NCBI GenBank assembly: GCA_036505755.1
Contig: DASXSW010000459.1
Coordinates: 1-34,326, forward strand
Source: Candidatus Binatia bacterium
GTDB taxonomy: Bacteria > Desulfobacterota > Binatia > UBA9968
DNA length: 34,326 nt
Direction of reading: 5' to 3'
Positions within the stretch are counted from its first letter, which is position 1. The number at the start of each line of letters is the position of its first letter. This document shows positions 26,701-34,326 of this stretch, in pieces. A program made the translations under genes and the position numbers. The notes beneath the pieces are model-generated. The model did no database searches. It was not told the DNA's origin and worked only from the letters and a program-made list of their open reading frames with translations.

Positions 26701-27253
26701 TCAGAAAAAATCCGCCTGCAGCGCAGCCGATAACCGCGCCCAGCGTGTTCGTCGCATACAGGTCGCCGACTCGGCGCCCGAACTGGGCAAAGCTGCGGAC
26801 GAAAAACCGGCTCAACACCGGCAATGTCGCGCCCATCAACAGAGTCGGGAAAACCAATAAGACAAACGAGAGAAAGAACAGCACCAAATTAAAAAGAAAT
26901 GGATAGCTTTCGTTCAGCCCGAAAATCGGACCATAGATTTTTTGCGCCGCGACAAAAATCCATGGCACTAGGAACCCGTATACCCCGACGCCTGCTTCGA
27001 GAATGCCGTACAACAGAAAATCGTTTTTCCCTCGGTCGGCGATCTGACCGAAAACGTAGCTGCCGATAGCCAAGCCGGCCATGAATGCGGACAACACGGT
27101 TGCGATCGCGTACGTGGTATTGCCGAAAATCTGCGTGAGCATCCGCGTCCACACCACCTGATAAATCAAACCGGCCGCGCCGGAAAAAAAGAAACAGAAA
27201 AGACCGACGAGAAGCAGCCAGTCTTGTTTAGAACGTTGAGCACCGTCCGTCAT
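23780..27253 (-). CDS. Fusion protein: polytopic membrane domain, spermidine-synthase-like methyltransferase-fold domain and C-terminal TPR repeats
   Basis: The first roughly 480 aa carry many TM helices. A central GLGTGMSAKAL / EIEVIEIEP / DVITAEPSNPW fold follows. The C-terminal roughly 250 aa look like TPR (AYAQLGRIKDAEQKYREIL). Confidence 0.85.
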   Translation of the reverse strand: MTDGAQRSKQDWLLLVGLFCFFFSGAAGLIYQVVWTRMLTQIFGNTTYAIATVLSAFMAGLAIGSYVFGQIADRGKNDFLLYGILEAGVGVYGFLVPWIFVAAQKIYGPIFGLNESYPFLFNLVLFFLSFVLLVFPTLLMGATLPVLSRFFVRSFAQFGRRVGDLYATNTLGAVIGCAAGGFFLIPTLGMRRTVYVAAGVNLVIAVVILIVDRIRDKTPLEIVPEPAAEETRAPEAQSASLLRWVVLTSFGLSGFASLVYENAWTRSLTLVIGSSIYSFSTMLVTFLIGLALGGFIYARFLGEREARLSTFGLVELWVGLSALATIPLFERLPLIFLRLLHGFGETFTVFLYLQIFVSSLVMFIPTVLLGMTFPLVARLFTQSLYRVGSGVGSSYAANTLGAVLGAFAGGFILIPNLGVQNTIIFAVVMNLLIGAWLVISDPRLSFVPRYGLGLAVVVLAVIVPVKIRRWDPHVLTSGVTIYADRYESLPTDSLRIEEMKRDDVLFYREGLTTTVSVHRIPGSDYLYFKSNGKIDGSYGDALSQLMTSYVAMLLHPKAERALTIGLGTGMSAKALATFKSLKEIEVIEIEPAMIQASKFFDRAWVAIDKLPPGVTFPATPSVRPRFVYDSVDDDPNSRAWYDEKEKRLYYKGVMESEARTQLMKRSEDLDYRGAIDRLYRNARQSRHSSVLEDKRVRVIPTDGRNYILATPKYYDVITAEPSNPWIAGIANLYTREFYQVVKSKIKDDGIFAQWFHNYSMSPDDFRMVFRTFVESFPYVSLWSMKESDFLLIGSKKEQIFDYAAVKEIYDNNKMLRSDLDYLGLSDVYAVQGFYRMNRDGFLAFSKGASINTDDGAELEFSAPKNLRRSTTELNRRIMTPFLVDTPPWLKSKPPPIPQAMHHFYLAQAYAASIARNRALTELEQAIKLDPKNPKFHLLKMRILLEQDKSTEGAKEALAALEQGEEYIPEVLAMSDEFYLPEAKVIYQKTIEMGHKEVLPYLGLGNIALHSGDLPEAEKWFTRARDLQPDHPAVLLAWGRLIGAKAQKSTDEGQVKKQMQEARSLLEKSKSKGEESATVHSELGVVYYKLGMWEKAADEYSEALRMRRRRNDLRYSLGQAYAQLGRIKDAEQKYREILSLAPDDAEALKALQDLGKRY

Positions 27254-27416
27254 AGATTCTCCCCAGTAAATCCAAAAACAATTCAGGCAGTGATAGCAAG
27301 CCGTCGGCTAACTGTAAAGGGTCGCTGCGTCCGAAAGCGCTCGGTCGCGCGGCACAAACGTGCAATTTTCCGCGTAACTTTGGCGTGATCGGGAGCGAGT
27401 ATCGTTTCTGCGTTCG

Positions 27417-27445
27417 TTGACTTTGAGAAAATTGTCGTATATTCA
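27417..27445 (+). promoter_or_regulatory. Candidate sigma70 promoter for the second UbiD gene
   Basis: TTGACT at 27417-27422 is followed by TATATT/TATTCA after a 15-17-nt spacer. A GGAGG Shine-Dalgarno sequence lies 7 nt before the ATG at 27602. Confidence 0.3.
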
Positions 27446-27601
27446 TTTACTCCGTCCAGACATCCTGAATCTTAGAATTTTCCCACATATTTGTTGTCCG
27501 ATTGGGTCTAAAAAGTTCGAATTAATAAGTCAGAGTCGTTCTTTTTTCGCGACCGTAAGAACCGTAGCTTGCAAAAGACGTAAAATATTCGGAGGAAACC
27601 A

Positions 27602-29173
27602 ATGGCAAACGCACAAAGAGATGGAGCAGCGCCGGAAGAGGTCAGAGATTTACGCAGTGCCATCGAATGGATGAAAAAGGAAGGGGACATCCTTTTCACG
27701 GATAAAGAAGTCGACCCAGACCTGGAAATCACCGGCATCCAGAAACAATTAGACGGCGGCTGCCCGATTTTGTTCAACAACGTCAAGGGCAAGCCGCACC
27801 ACCGCTGTATTACCAACCTGTTCGGTGACATGAGCGTGATCAATAAGATGTTTGGCTGGAAGGATCACGCCGACCGTACGAGAAAGTTGGCCTATGCGAT
27901 TACTCATCCAATCGCGCCCATCGCCGTCGATCAAAAGGACGCGCCGGTGCAGGAAGAAGTTTACGAAAAACCGGCTGAAGCGAATGACTTTGTGGTGCCG
28001 ATCCGCCATACCAACATCGAGCCCGAGCTCACCGTCGGTTCCGGTAACCGGCTCATCTCCGGGGAATACTTCAATGGCGGGACCGACCTTGGTTATAACC
28101 GCATGAACTTCCGGTGGGGCAACGTCGGCACGTTTCAAATCTCTCCCGGCTCGCACATGTGGCAGGTGGTCAGCAAGTATTACAAAGACAACAAGATGGT
28201 GCCCATCACCATGAACTTCGGCCTGCCTCCCGCAGGGACACTCCTCGCAGGTGCCGGTTTCGATTACGTCATCCTGCCGCAGGGCTGCGACGAAGTCGGT
28301 ATGGCCGGCGCGGTGCAAGGCGCGCCGATGCGTTTGGTGAAAGCTCGCACGGTGGACGCCTACGGCCTTGCCGATGCCGAAGTCGTTCTTGAGGGCTACG
28401 TCAATCCTCGCGACCGCCGCTTCGAAACCGCCGAATCGGAAAAGGCTGGTATTCAAGGTCGCTTTCACTTCCACCCGGAGTGGGCCGGGTACATGGGTAA
28501 GGCGTACAAAGCGCCGACCTTCCATGTTACCGCCGTCACTACGCGCAAGCGCGAAAGCAAGCCGATCATTTTCACGCTGGGTGTACATACTCTAGACGAC
28601 CACAATATCGACACGACAATCCGCGAAGCATCGATGTTTGAGCTCTGCGAGAGAATGCAACCGGGAATCATCATGGACGTCAACATTCCTTACTGCATGA
28701 CCGATTGGGGCGGAGCGATTATTCAGGTCAAAAAACGCAATCGCATCGAAGAAGGATGGCAGCGTAATTTCATGGCGGCCATCCTGGCGACGTCACAAGG
28801 CTCGCGATTGGTGATCGCTGTTAGCGAAGATTCCGATCCCTACGATATGGACGACATCATCTGGTGTCTTACCACCCGCGTCAATCCAAAGACCGACATT
28901 ATCAATCCGCTCCCGGGCGGCCGTGGCCAGACCTTCATGCCCGCTGAACGCATGACCGCGGGCGAAAGAGAGTGGACTGCGTCGAATACTATGTTCGAGG
29001 GCGGTATGGGCATCGACGCGACCGTGCCGTTCGGTTACGAGAGCGACTTCATGCGTCCGGTTTATCCGGTTGACAGAGTCGATCTCAAAAAGTGGTTCAG
29101 TGAAAAAGATATCCAGAACGCCAAGACCCGCATGCAGGGTTGGGTGCACTCCTTGGCGCGCACCGGAAGATAA
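27602..29173 (+). CDS. Divergent UbiD-family decarboxylase paralog
   Basis: 523 aa with a UbiD-like N-terminus (LRSAIEWMKKEGDILFTDKEVDPDLEITGI) and overall colinearity with the first paralog, but with altered signature loops. Confidence 0.8.
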   Translation: MANAQRDGAAPEEVRDLRSAIEWMKKEGDILFTDKEVDPDLEITGIQKQLDGGCPILFNNVKGKPHHRCITNLFGDMSVINKMFGWKDHADRTRKLAYAITHPIAPIAVDQKDAPVQEEVYEKPAEANDFVVPIRHTNIEPELTVGSGNRLISGEYFNGGTDLGYNRMNFRWGNVGTFQISPGSHMWQVVSKYYKDNKMVPITMNFGLPPAGTLLAGAGFDYVILPQGCDEVGMAGAVQGAPMRLVKARTVDAYGLADAEVVLEGYVNPRDRRFETAESEKAGIQGRFHFHPEWAGYMGKAYKAPTFHVTAVTTRKRESKPIIFTLGVHTLDDHNIDTTIREASMFELCERMQPGIIMDVNIPYCMTDWGGAIIQVKKRNRIEEGWQRNFMAAILATSQGSRLVIAVSEDSDPYDMDDIIWCLTTRVNPKTDIINPLPGGRGQTFMPAERMTAGEREWTASNTMFEGGMGIDATVPFGYESDFMRPVYPVDRVDLKKWFSEKDIQNAKTRMQGWVHSLARTGR

Positions 29174-29404
29174 AAAATTCTGCGATTGAATCGCGCTCCA
29201 GAGGGCAAGGATAAAATTCTTGCTCTTTGTTATTTGTGTTCGTCGGGCGGAATCGCTCATTTACCACACAGAGTTCGCAGACGGTCGCCAAATTCTTGCC
29301 GCCGCGCGTTGACTTCGCCAACTACTTTTGTTAACTACGCAGAAGCTCTCAACGAAACTGATCGCCTCCTGCCTTTTTGTCTTTGACTAATCGAGAGATG
29401 AAGT

Positions 29405-30097
29405 ATGGAGAGACGTCCTCAAAAAACGCGCGCTCATACTTTAACCTGCGGCGCCCACTGCGCCAAGCTGATTTTTGTCGCTATACTATTTGCTCCAGCA
29501 CTATTCGCATCCAAACAATTGTCCGAGAAGGCGACGCCGGCATCCGCTTCTAAAGTCAAACCGGTCGAAGTGTCTGAAAAGCCGAGGCCGAAAGAACTCG
29601 TCGTGATCTACTCGATCGTCAAGTCGCACCGTCCGGATATCACGGACGCTGAAATCTGGAACATCTCGGAAGTCATCTGGGAGGAAAGTTTCAAGCGCAA
29701 GCTCGATCCCCTGTTAGTACTGGCGTTGATTCAAATAGAAAGCGGCTTTCAGCACACTGCAGTGTCGCCGAGTGGGGCACGCGGGATCATGCAGATCATG
29801 CCGGAGACGGGCAGGTTTCTGGCCAAATTACTCGGTCGAGAACACGGACTGCGGCCGATTGACTTTAGACCGGAATCGCTCGACGATCCGCAGCTTAACA
29901 TCCGCTTGGGAATTTACTACCTGCACGGCCTAATGAAGCAGTTTCGAGACTTAAGCCTGACACTGAGCGCCTACAACGTCGGACCGGCGGAGATTCAAAA
30001 TCGTCTCGACAACGATCTCGAATTGGCCGACGAATTCGCCGCCCTAGTGCTCGACGCTTACCAGCGCTATAGGAACGCGAAACAGCCGCGGTTCTAG
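29405..30097 (+). CDS. Lytic transglycosylase (SLT domain)
   Basis: IQIESGF...GARGIMQIMPETG and AYNVGP motifs are present, with an N-terminal hydrophobic anchor. Confidence 0.85.
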   Translation: MERRPQKTRAHTLTCGAHCAKLIFVAILFAPALFASKQLSEKATPASASKVKPVEVSEKPRPKELVVIYSIVKSHRPDITDAEIWNISEVIWEESFKRKLDPLLVLALIQIESGFQHTAVSPSGARGIMQIMPETGRFLAKLLGREHGLRPIDFRPESLDDPQLNIRLGIYYLHGLMKQFRDLSLTLSAYNVGPAEIQNRLDNDLELADEFAALVLDAYQRYRNAKQPRF

Positions 30098-30264
30098 CTA
30101 GAATAACTATCTCCAATCACAACCCTGCCGGGTTTCACTGCACCGATTTTTCATCACGCGAAAAACCAAGACCTCAAACATTTTAAGCCCACATATCGGT
30201 CGCAGTCGTGTGGCAATTCGTCGGGTCGCTATAATGGCAATGCTACCTACTCTCATGTTAAATA

Positions 30265-30786
30265 ATGAAGAGAATCGCGCAAATCACGTCGATGAATAGA
30301 CCAAGCGTATTGCTGCTCACGCAAGAAGCGTGGAACGAGATATCCCGGCACGCGCAGGAAACCTTTCCAGAAGAATGTTGCGGCGTGGTGCTTTCGGCGG
30401 CCGGACTGGATTACGTACATCGCTTGAAAAACATCCAAAACAAACTTCACGCGCTTGACCCGCTGACGTATCCGCGCACAGCCGCGATCGCCTATGCGAT
30501 GGACCCACTGGAGCTCGAGTCGGTGATCGCAAAAGGCGAAGCCAGGAGTCATAAACTCAAGGCTTTTTATCATTCACACCCCGAACACGACGCTTATTTT
30601 TCGGATGAAGACAAAGCTTTTGCCAGTCCGTTCGGCGAACCCACCTATCCCGAGAGCGCGCAAATCGTCATCTCCATCTATAACCGCGCGGTAAAAATTA
30701 TCCGTGCTTTCAGCTGGTCCGACGAAAACAACGATTTCGTCGAAGTTCCCATCGATAGAACCGAATCGCATGTCGGAAGCACGTGA
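30265..30786 (+). CDS. Mov34/MPN/PAD-1 (JAMM) family metalloprotease
   Basis: EECCG is followed by HSHPEHDAYFSDED, matching the JAMM pattern E...HxHx7Sx2D. Confidence 0.85.
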   Translation: MKRIAQITSMNRPSVLLLTQEAWNEISRHAQETFPEECCGVVLSAAGLDYVHRLKNIQNKLHALDPLTYPRTAAIAYAMDPLELESVIAKGEARSHKLKAFYHSHPEHDAYFSDEDKAFASPFGEPTYPESAQIVISIYNRAVKIIRAFSWSDENNDFVEVPIDRTESHVGST

Positions 30787-31642
30787 CAAGTTCGTCGACT
30801 CCCAGGGACTTCCGATTCACTATCTCGAATGGGGCGAGCCCGCGGGCGAACCGCTCGTGCTGGTTCATGGTTATCTGGATCTCGCGCATAGCTGGAAACC
30901 CTTCGTCGCCTCACTACAAGAACGACTGGGAAAATCGGCTTGGATCATCGCCCCCGACTGCCGCGGCCATGGCGATAGTGGATGGATCGGCGCCGGCGGC
31001 TACTATCATTTTCCCGATTACGTCTTCGATCTCGAATGCGTGATTCGAGCCCTCGGTCTAACGCAGCTTAAGCTCATCGGCCACTCGATGGGCGGAACCA
31101 TTTCCTTTCTCTATGCCGGAACTTTTCCAAAGCGCGTGAGTCAACTCGTCCTCATCGAAGGCATTGGACCGCCGGGCATGAATTTTTCCGACGCGCCGCT
31201 GAGAATGGAAAAGTGGATCACCGAAGTGCGCGAACGCGGGCGCCGCCACTTTCGCGTGTACACGAGCGTCGAGGCGGGCGCCAGCCAGCTGCGGCAAACG
31301 AATCCTCGATTGAATGGCGCATGGGCGCTTGAACTGGCGCGCGCCGGCATGAAACAAAACGACCAAGGGAGGTGGATTTGGAAGTTCGATCTGCTCCACC
31401 GCACCAACGCGCCGCAACCATTTTACACTCCGCAGGCTTTGGAATTTTTTCGTCGCATCGAATGTCCGGTGCTTATTGTCGACGGCAAGGAGAGCCGGCA
31501 AACGCGGCGAACCGACAAACAAGAACGCTGCGATGCCATACGGAACCACCGTCGGGTGGCCATCGATCACGCCGGCCACATGGTGCATCACGACAATCCG
31601 GCGGAGTTGGCCGAAGTTATCGCAACTTTCTTGAAATTGTAA
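30770..31642 (+). CDS. Alpha/beta-fold hydrolase
   Basis: LVLVHG, the nucleophile elbow GHSMGG and a C-terminal HMVHHD are present. I prefer the ATG at 30770, which overlaps the JAMM gene by 17 nt, over the track's GTG at 30704. Confidence 0.85.
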   Translation: MSEARDKFVDSQGLPIHYLEWGEPAGEPLVLVHGYLDLAHSWKPFVASLQERLGKSAWIIAPDCRGHGDSGWIGAGGYYHFPDYVFDLECVIRALGLTQLKLIGHSMGGTISFLYAGTFPKRVSQLVLIEGIGPPGMNFSDAPLRMEKWITEVRERGRRHFRVYTSVEAGASQLRQTNPRLNGAWALELARAGMKQNDQGRWIWKFDLLHRTNAPQPFYTPQALEFFRRIECPVLIVDGKESRQTRRTDKQERCDAIRNHRRVAIDHAGHMVHHDNPAELAEVIATFLKL

Positions 31643-31795
31643 CCGCCCGGTTACATCGAAAGGGAAAATTCTATTTGTCGCATTACCGTCGTTATCGAAA
31701 GTGAAAGGAAAATATCGGTGCACCGATTGCAGAGCTTGACTATTGAAGTGGATTTCGGCGATTATGATCTCGTAGTCAGCGAGATCGGCTGACGA

Positions 31796-32281
31796 TTGAA
31801 TCTTAGAAGGATACTCCGAGGATTGATTGTGCGTAAAAGCAATTTATCGCGAAACGGCAGCGAGCCGGTCAACAGGAAAACTCATGGCTCAGAAAACCGG
31901 AGCGGGCCGTCTGAGCATAACTGCGCGAAGCTTGCGCAACCTTCGAGTCCCAACATCGCGCTGACACTAAAACATTTCCATCGTCGCAATGACAAATCCG
32001 CGACGGCGGCCGAGAGCAAGCGTCTCTATCTCGGGGTCGGCGATGAAGTCAATCACCTGCGCTACGAAGAATGGGGTATCGGCGTGGTCATGGAAGTGAT
32101 GACCTCTTCGATTCCCGGTGGCACTTGTCTCGCGCGCGTACGCTTTCAAGACGGACAACTCCGCTGCTTCAACAACGATCTCGATAACGAAGCCTGCTGT
32201 TACTACTTCGGCGTGCGCCGCTATTGGAATCCGACTCACGGCGTCGAATCTATTCGTTCCAGATTTTTTATGCGAGGATAG
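31796..32281 (+). CDS. Hypothetical protein with a possible Tudor/SH3-like C-terminal module
   Basis: The conserved-looking part is GDEVNHLRYEEWGIGVVMEV...VRFQDG. The start is uncertain: TTG 31796, or GTG 31829 which is preceded by GAGGA. Confidence 0.45.
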   Translation: MNLRRILRGLIVRKSNLSRNGSEPVNRKTHGSENRSGPSEHNCAKLAQPSSPNIALTLKHFHRRNDKSATAAESKRLYLGVGDEVNHLRYEEWGIGVVMEVMTSSIPGGTCLARVRFQDGQLRCFNNDLDNEACCYYFGVRRYWNPTHGVESIRSRFFMRG

Positions 32282-32285
32282 CTCA

Positions 32286-32612
32286 ATGTTGAATCAAATT
32301 ACGCGCGCCTCGGCTTTACTGGCTCTGGTGTTGACCTGTGTGTTTCCCATCGTTGGCAATGCCGAGGATACCATTGAAAGAGCCGGTGTCGGCGTGGGTG
32401 TGACGGCTGGCAATATGTGGTTTTTACCCATTAAGGCGATCGAGGTAACCATCGGCGCCCTCAGCGGAGCGCTCTCTTATGTCGTGACCGGTGGCAATGC
32501 GGATCTGACGAAACAAATCTGGCGCGACACGACAGAAGGGCCCTACGCAATCACCCCTGACGTTGCCCGCATGGCCGTCGGCCGGCGCCCCGAGCTTGAC
32601 GAGAAAAACTAA
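32286..32612 (+). CDS. Small exported/membrane hypothetical protein (108 aa)
   Basis: An internal ATG of track ORF 32118..32612 lies 5 nt after the upstream stop. The signal peptide reads MLNQITRASALLALVLTCVFPIVGNA. Confidence 0.5.
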   Translation: MLNQITRASALLALVLTCVFPIVGNAEDTIERAGVGVGVTAGNMWFLPIKAIEVTIGALSGALSYVVTGGNADLTKQIWRDTTEGPYAITPDVARMAVGRRPELDEKN

Positions 32613-32651
32613 AAGCGGCATGTAACCACACCGTGTAGTCACATGCCGCTT
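32613..32651. terminator. Hairpin between convergent genes; it has a U-run only for the minus-strand (DLH) transcript
   Basis: The 11-bp stem AAGCGGCATGT / ACATGCCGCTT is followed on the minus strand by TTTTAGTTTTTCTC. Confidence 0.6.
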
Positions 32652-32677
32652 GTCGAACAGACAGTCCGTCTTTGCTT

Positions 32678-33412
32678 TTAAGCTAAGTTTGCTTTGAAGA
32701 ATCCAGCCGTCCTCGACCAGGCGTCCTTCGCAGATTCCGGGTTATAGCGGTCCGCATTAGTATTATTGTTAAACGCGTGCTTTGCGCCGGGGTACACCTT
32801 GACGTCAAAGCTTTTGCCGGCTTTTGCCATGGCCGCCTTCAAGGGTTCGACACCGGGCATGATGTTCGGATCGTCAGCGGCGTAATTACCCATAACCTTG
32901 CAGGGAATGTTGGCGACCGAATCGAGCGGGTCAGGGTTTCGTCCATAGTAAACCACCGCGGCATTGAGATCTTTGCACTTGGTCGCGAAATTTAGCGACT
33001 GACCTCCGCCCCAGCAGTAGCCGACGACGCCAAATTTGCCGTTGACGTAGTTCTGCTTTTTCATATACGCCACTGCGCTGCTCAAATCTTCCGCAACCAT
33101 CGCACCGTTTACCTTCTTGATTTCCTCCGTAGCCGCATCGCTGCCGCCGAACTTATCACTGCCACCGACCCGTCCCATGCAGTCCACCGCGACGGCTGCA
33201 AAGCCTTCCTTGGCGAAACGACGGGCGACGTCTTTGATATGCCCGACAAGTCCCCGGTTCTCATGAATCACGAGAACCGTGCCCAAGTTTCTGCCATCCT
33301 TTGGCCGCGAAACGTAGGCGCTGACAGTCCCAGCGGCGCCGGGAAACTGCACCATTTCCGACGTTAAGCTCGAATCATTCGGATCGACGATATTGTCTAT
33401 GGTCTGAGCCAT
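32678..33412 (-). CDS. Dienelactone hydrolase family protein
   Basis: 244 aa with VLVIHENRGL, GYCWGG (nucleophile Cys) and a C-terminal GAKHAF. Confidence 0.9.
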   Translation of the reverse strand: MAQTIDNIVDPNDSSLTSEMVQFPGAAGTVSAYVSRPKDGRNLGTVLVIHENRGLVGHIKDVARRFAKEGFAAVAVDCMGRVGGSDKFGGSDAATEEIKKVNGAMVAEDLSSAVAYMKKQNYVNGKFGVVGYCWGGGQSLNFATKCKDLNAAVVYYGRNPDPLDSVANIPCKVMGNYAADDPNIMPGVEPLKAAMAKAGKSFDVKVYPGAKHAFNNNTNADRYNPESAKDAWSRTAGFFKANLA

Positions 33413-33520
33413 TGGTAAAAACCTCCTTCAAAAAATTTTTCAGCTTTTGTCCCAGCTATAGCGAAAAACGAATTCCAAATCTAGACCCGTTTGTCCGTCG
33501 ATGCGATAAAATTGCAGTCG

Positions 33521-33552
33521 CCAAAAACAACAACGGCGCCCGCAGGCGCCGT
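33521..33552 (-). terminator. Rho-independent terminator after the FmdB-like gene
   Basis: The stem ACGGCGCC-cgca-GGCGCCGT is followed on the minus strand by TGTTGTTTTTGG. Confidence 0.6.
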
Positions 33553-33609
33553 CTGAGATATGATAAAAAAATGTTCCGGAGCTAAGCCCGCTGTGGTAAG
33601 GACCCCGGG

Positions 33610-33966
33610 CTAAGTTGACGTCGAGCTCGACGCCGAGGATTTGTCGCTTTTGCTCGACGAGCTTTCAATCTTCTTGGATTCGCTCTTGGACTCCGCAGAC
33701 CCCTGGGCTTTGTTTGTAGATGAGCCTTCGCTCTTGGTTTCTGACGATGATTTCGAACCGTTGCCGCTTTTAGCATCCCCGTTTTGCCCCTTACGGGCGT
33801 AATCGGTGATGTACCAGCCGGTACCTTTGAGCTGGAACGATGTGTTAGAGATGAGTTTTTTGACCTTGCTTTTGCAGGTGGGGCACCTCGCCAACGGCCT
33901 GTCGGTAATTTTCTGAGTGGTCTCAAACGTGCCGCACTTTTGGCATTTGTACTCGTAAATAGGCAT
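33610..33966 (-). CDS. FmdB-family (CxxC_CxxC_SSSS) zinc-ribbon protein with a Ser/Lys-rich tail
   Basis: The N-terminus [12 protein letters not shown]...RCPTCKSK...[13 protein letters not shown] is the canonical FmdB motif set. Confidence 0.85.
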   Translation of the reverse strand: MPIYEYKCQKCGTFETTQKITDRPLARCPTCKSKVKKLISNTSFQLKGTGWYITDYARKGQNGDAKSGNGSKSSSETKSEGSSTNKAQGSAESKSESKKIESSSSKSDKSSASSSTST

Positions 33967-34050
33967 GTAAATTCCTCGGCTTAGGCGCTCCAGTGATTAC
34001 CTTAATCACTGTCCTTTCGGATGTCAATTGAGCGCCCTGACTCAATGCTA

Positions 34051-34326
34051 TCACGCTCCAGCGTTGCGATCCGTGCCATCAACCTTCATATGTGGTCCGC
34101 CGAACGCTTCCGAGCGGTTGCCAAACAGCACTAATGGTTCGGTGCCGTTGTTGGTGATTTGGTAATAATCCTTAGCCTCCAGGAAAAGGACCTCGTTTTT
34201 CCGAATCGGACGTTCTTCCCCCTTCAAACCCTTGACTACGCCCTTGCCGGAAAGAACCAAAAAAGTTTCAGGATTGGCGTGATAGTGCATATCCGTGCCG
34301 TCACCTGGAACGAAGTAAAGCATCCA
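34051..34326 (-). CDS. Cupin-domain protein; the N-terminus probably lies beyond the right edge
   Basis: GDGTDMHYHANPETFLVLSGKG matches the cupin G(x)5HxH(x)3-4E(x)6G motif. The frame is still open at the window end. Confidence 0.7.
   Translation of the reverse strand, partial: WMLYFVPGDGTDMHYHANPETFLVLSGKGVVKGLKGEERPIRKNEVLFLEAKDYYQITNNGTEPLVLFGNRSEAFGGPHMKVDGTDRNAGA

Noticed and set aside
33582-33926. A 114-aa Arg/Lys/Pro-rich ORF overlaps the FmdB gene in another frame.
   Set aside because: It is generated by the Ser/Lys low-complexity codons of the FmdB tail and has no independent support.
1-34326. I looked for CRISPR arrays, tRNA/rRNA/tmRNA/RNase P/SRP signatures, common riboswitch cores, IS ends, integrases and toxin-antitoxin or defence genes.
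   Set aside because: None was recognised by eye on either strand. A covariance-model or HMM scan would be needed to exclude small RNAs formally.

Overview
This 34.3-kb window looks like core chromosome from a diderm (Gram-negative-type) bacterium with moderately high GC. It is densely coded, about 30 genes, mostly on the minus strand. By eye I found no rRNA, tRNA, CRISPR array, transposase, integrase, phage gene or recognisable defence gene. Gene content from left to right: (1) a minus-strand operon of UbiD-family decarboxylase, molybdenum hydroxylase large and 2Fe-2S small subunits, MBL-fold hydrolase and an ABC substrate-binding protein; (2) glycerate 2-kinase; (3) an envelope block holding an OmpA-type lipoprotein with an extreme polyproline spacer, a disrupted M48 peptidase, mscL, a YdbH-like/YdbL-like pair lying convergent with tamA-tamB, and a tandem SH3b protein; (4) proC; (5) a 1157-aa membrane/spermidine-synthase-like/TPR fusion; (6) a second, divergent UbiD paralog; (7) a lytic transglycosylase, a JAMM/MPN protease overlapping an alpha/beta hydrolase, a dienelactone hydrolase, an FmdB zinc-ribbon protein and a partial cupin. 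The signals that ORFs do not explain are in the intergenic DNA. They are a 252-nt nested inverted repeat (8357-8608), several families of GC-rich palindromic REP-like units, and a 46-nt out-of-frame segment bounded by CAAC repeats that splits the M48 gene. I do not see a clear-cut novel system. The best candidates are ranked in the findings and all need database or read-level checks that I cannot run.
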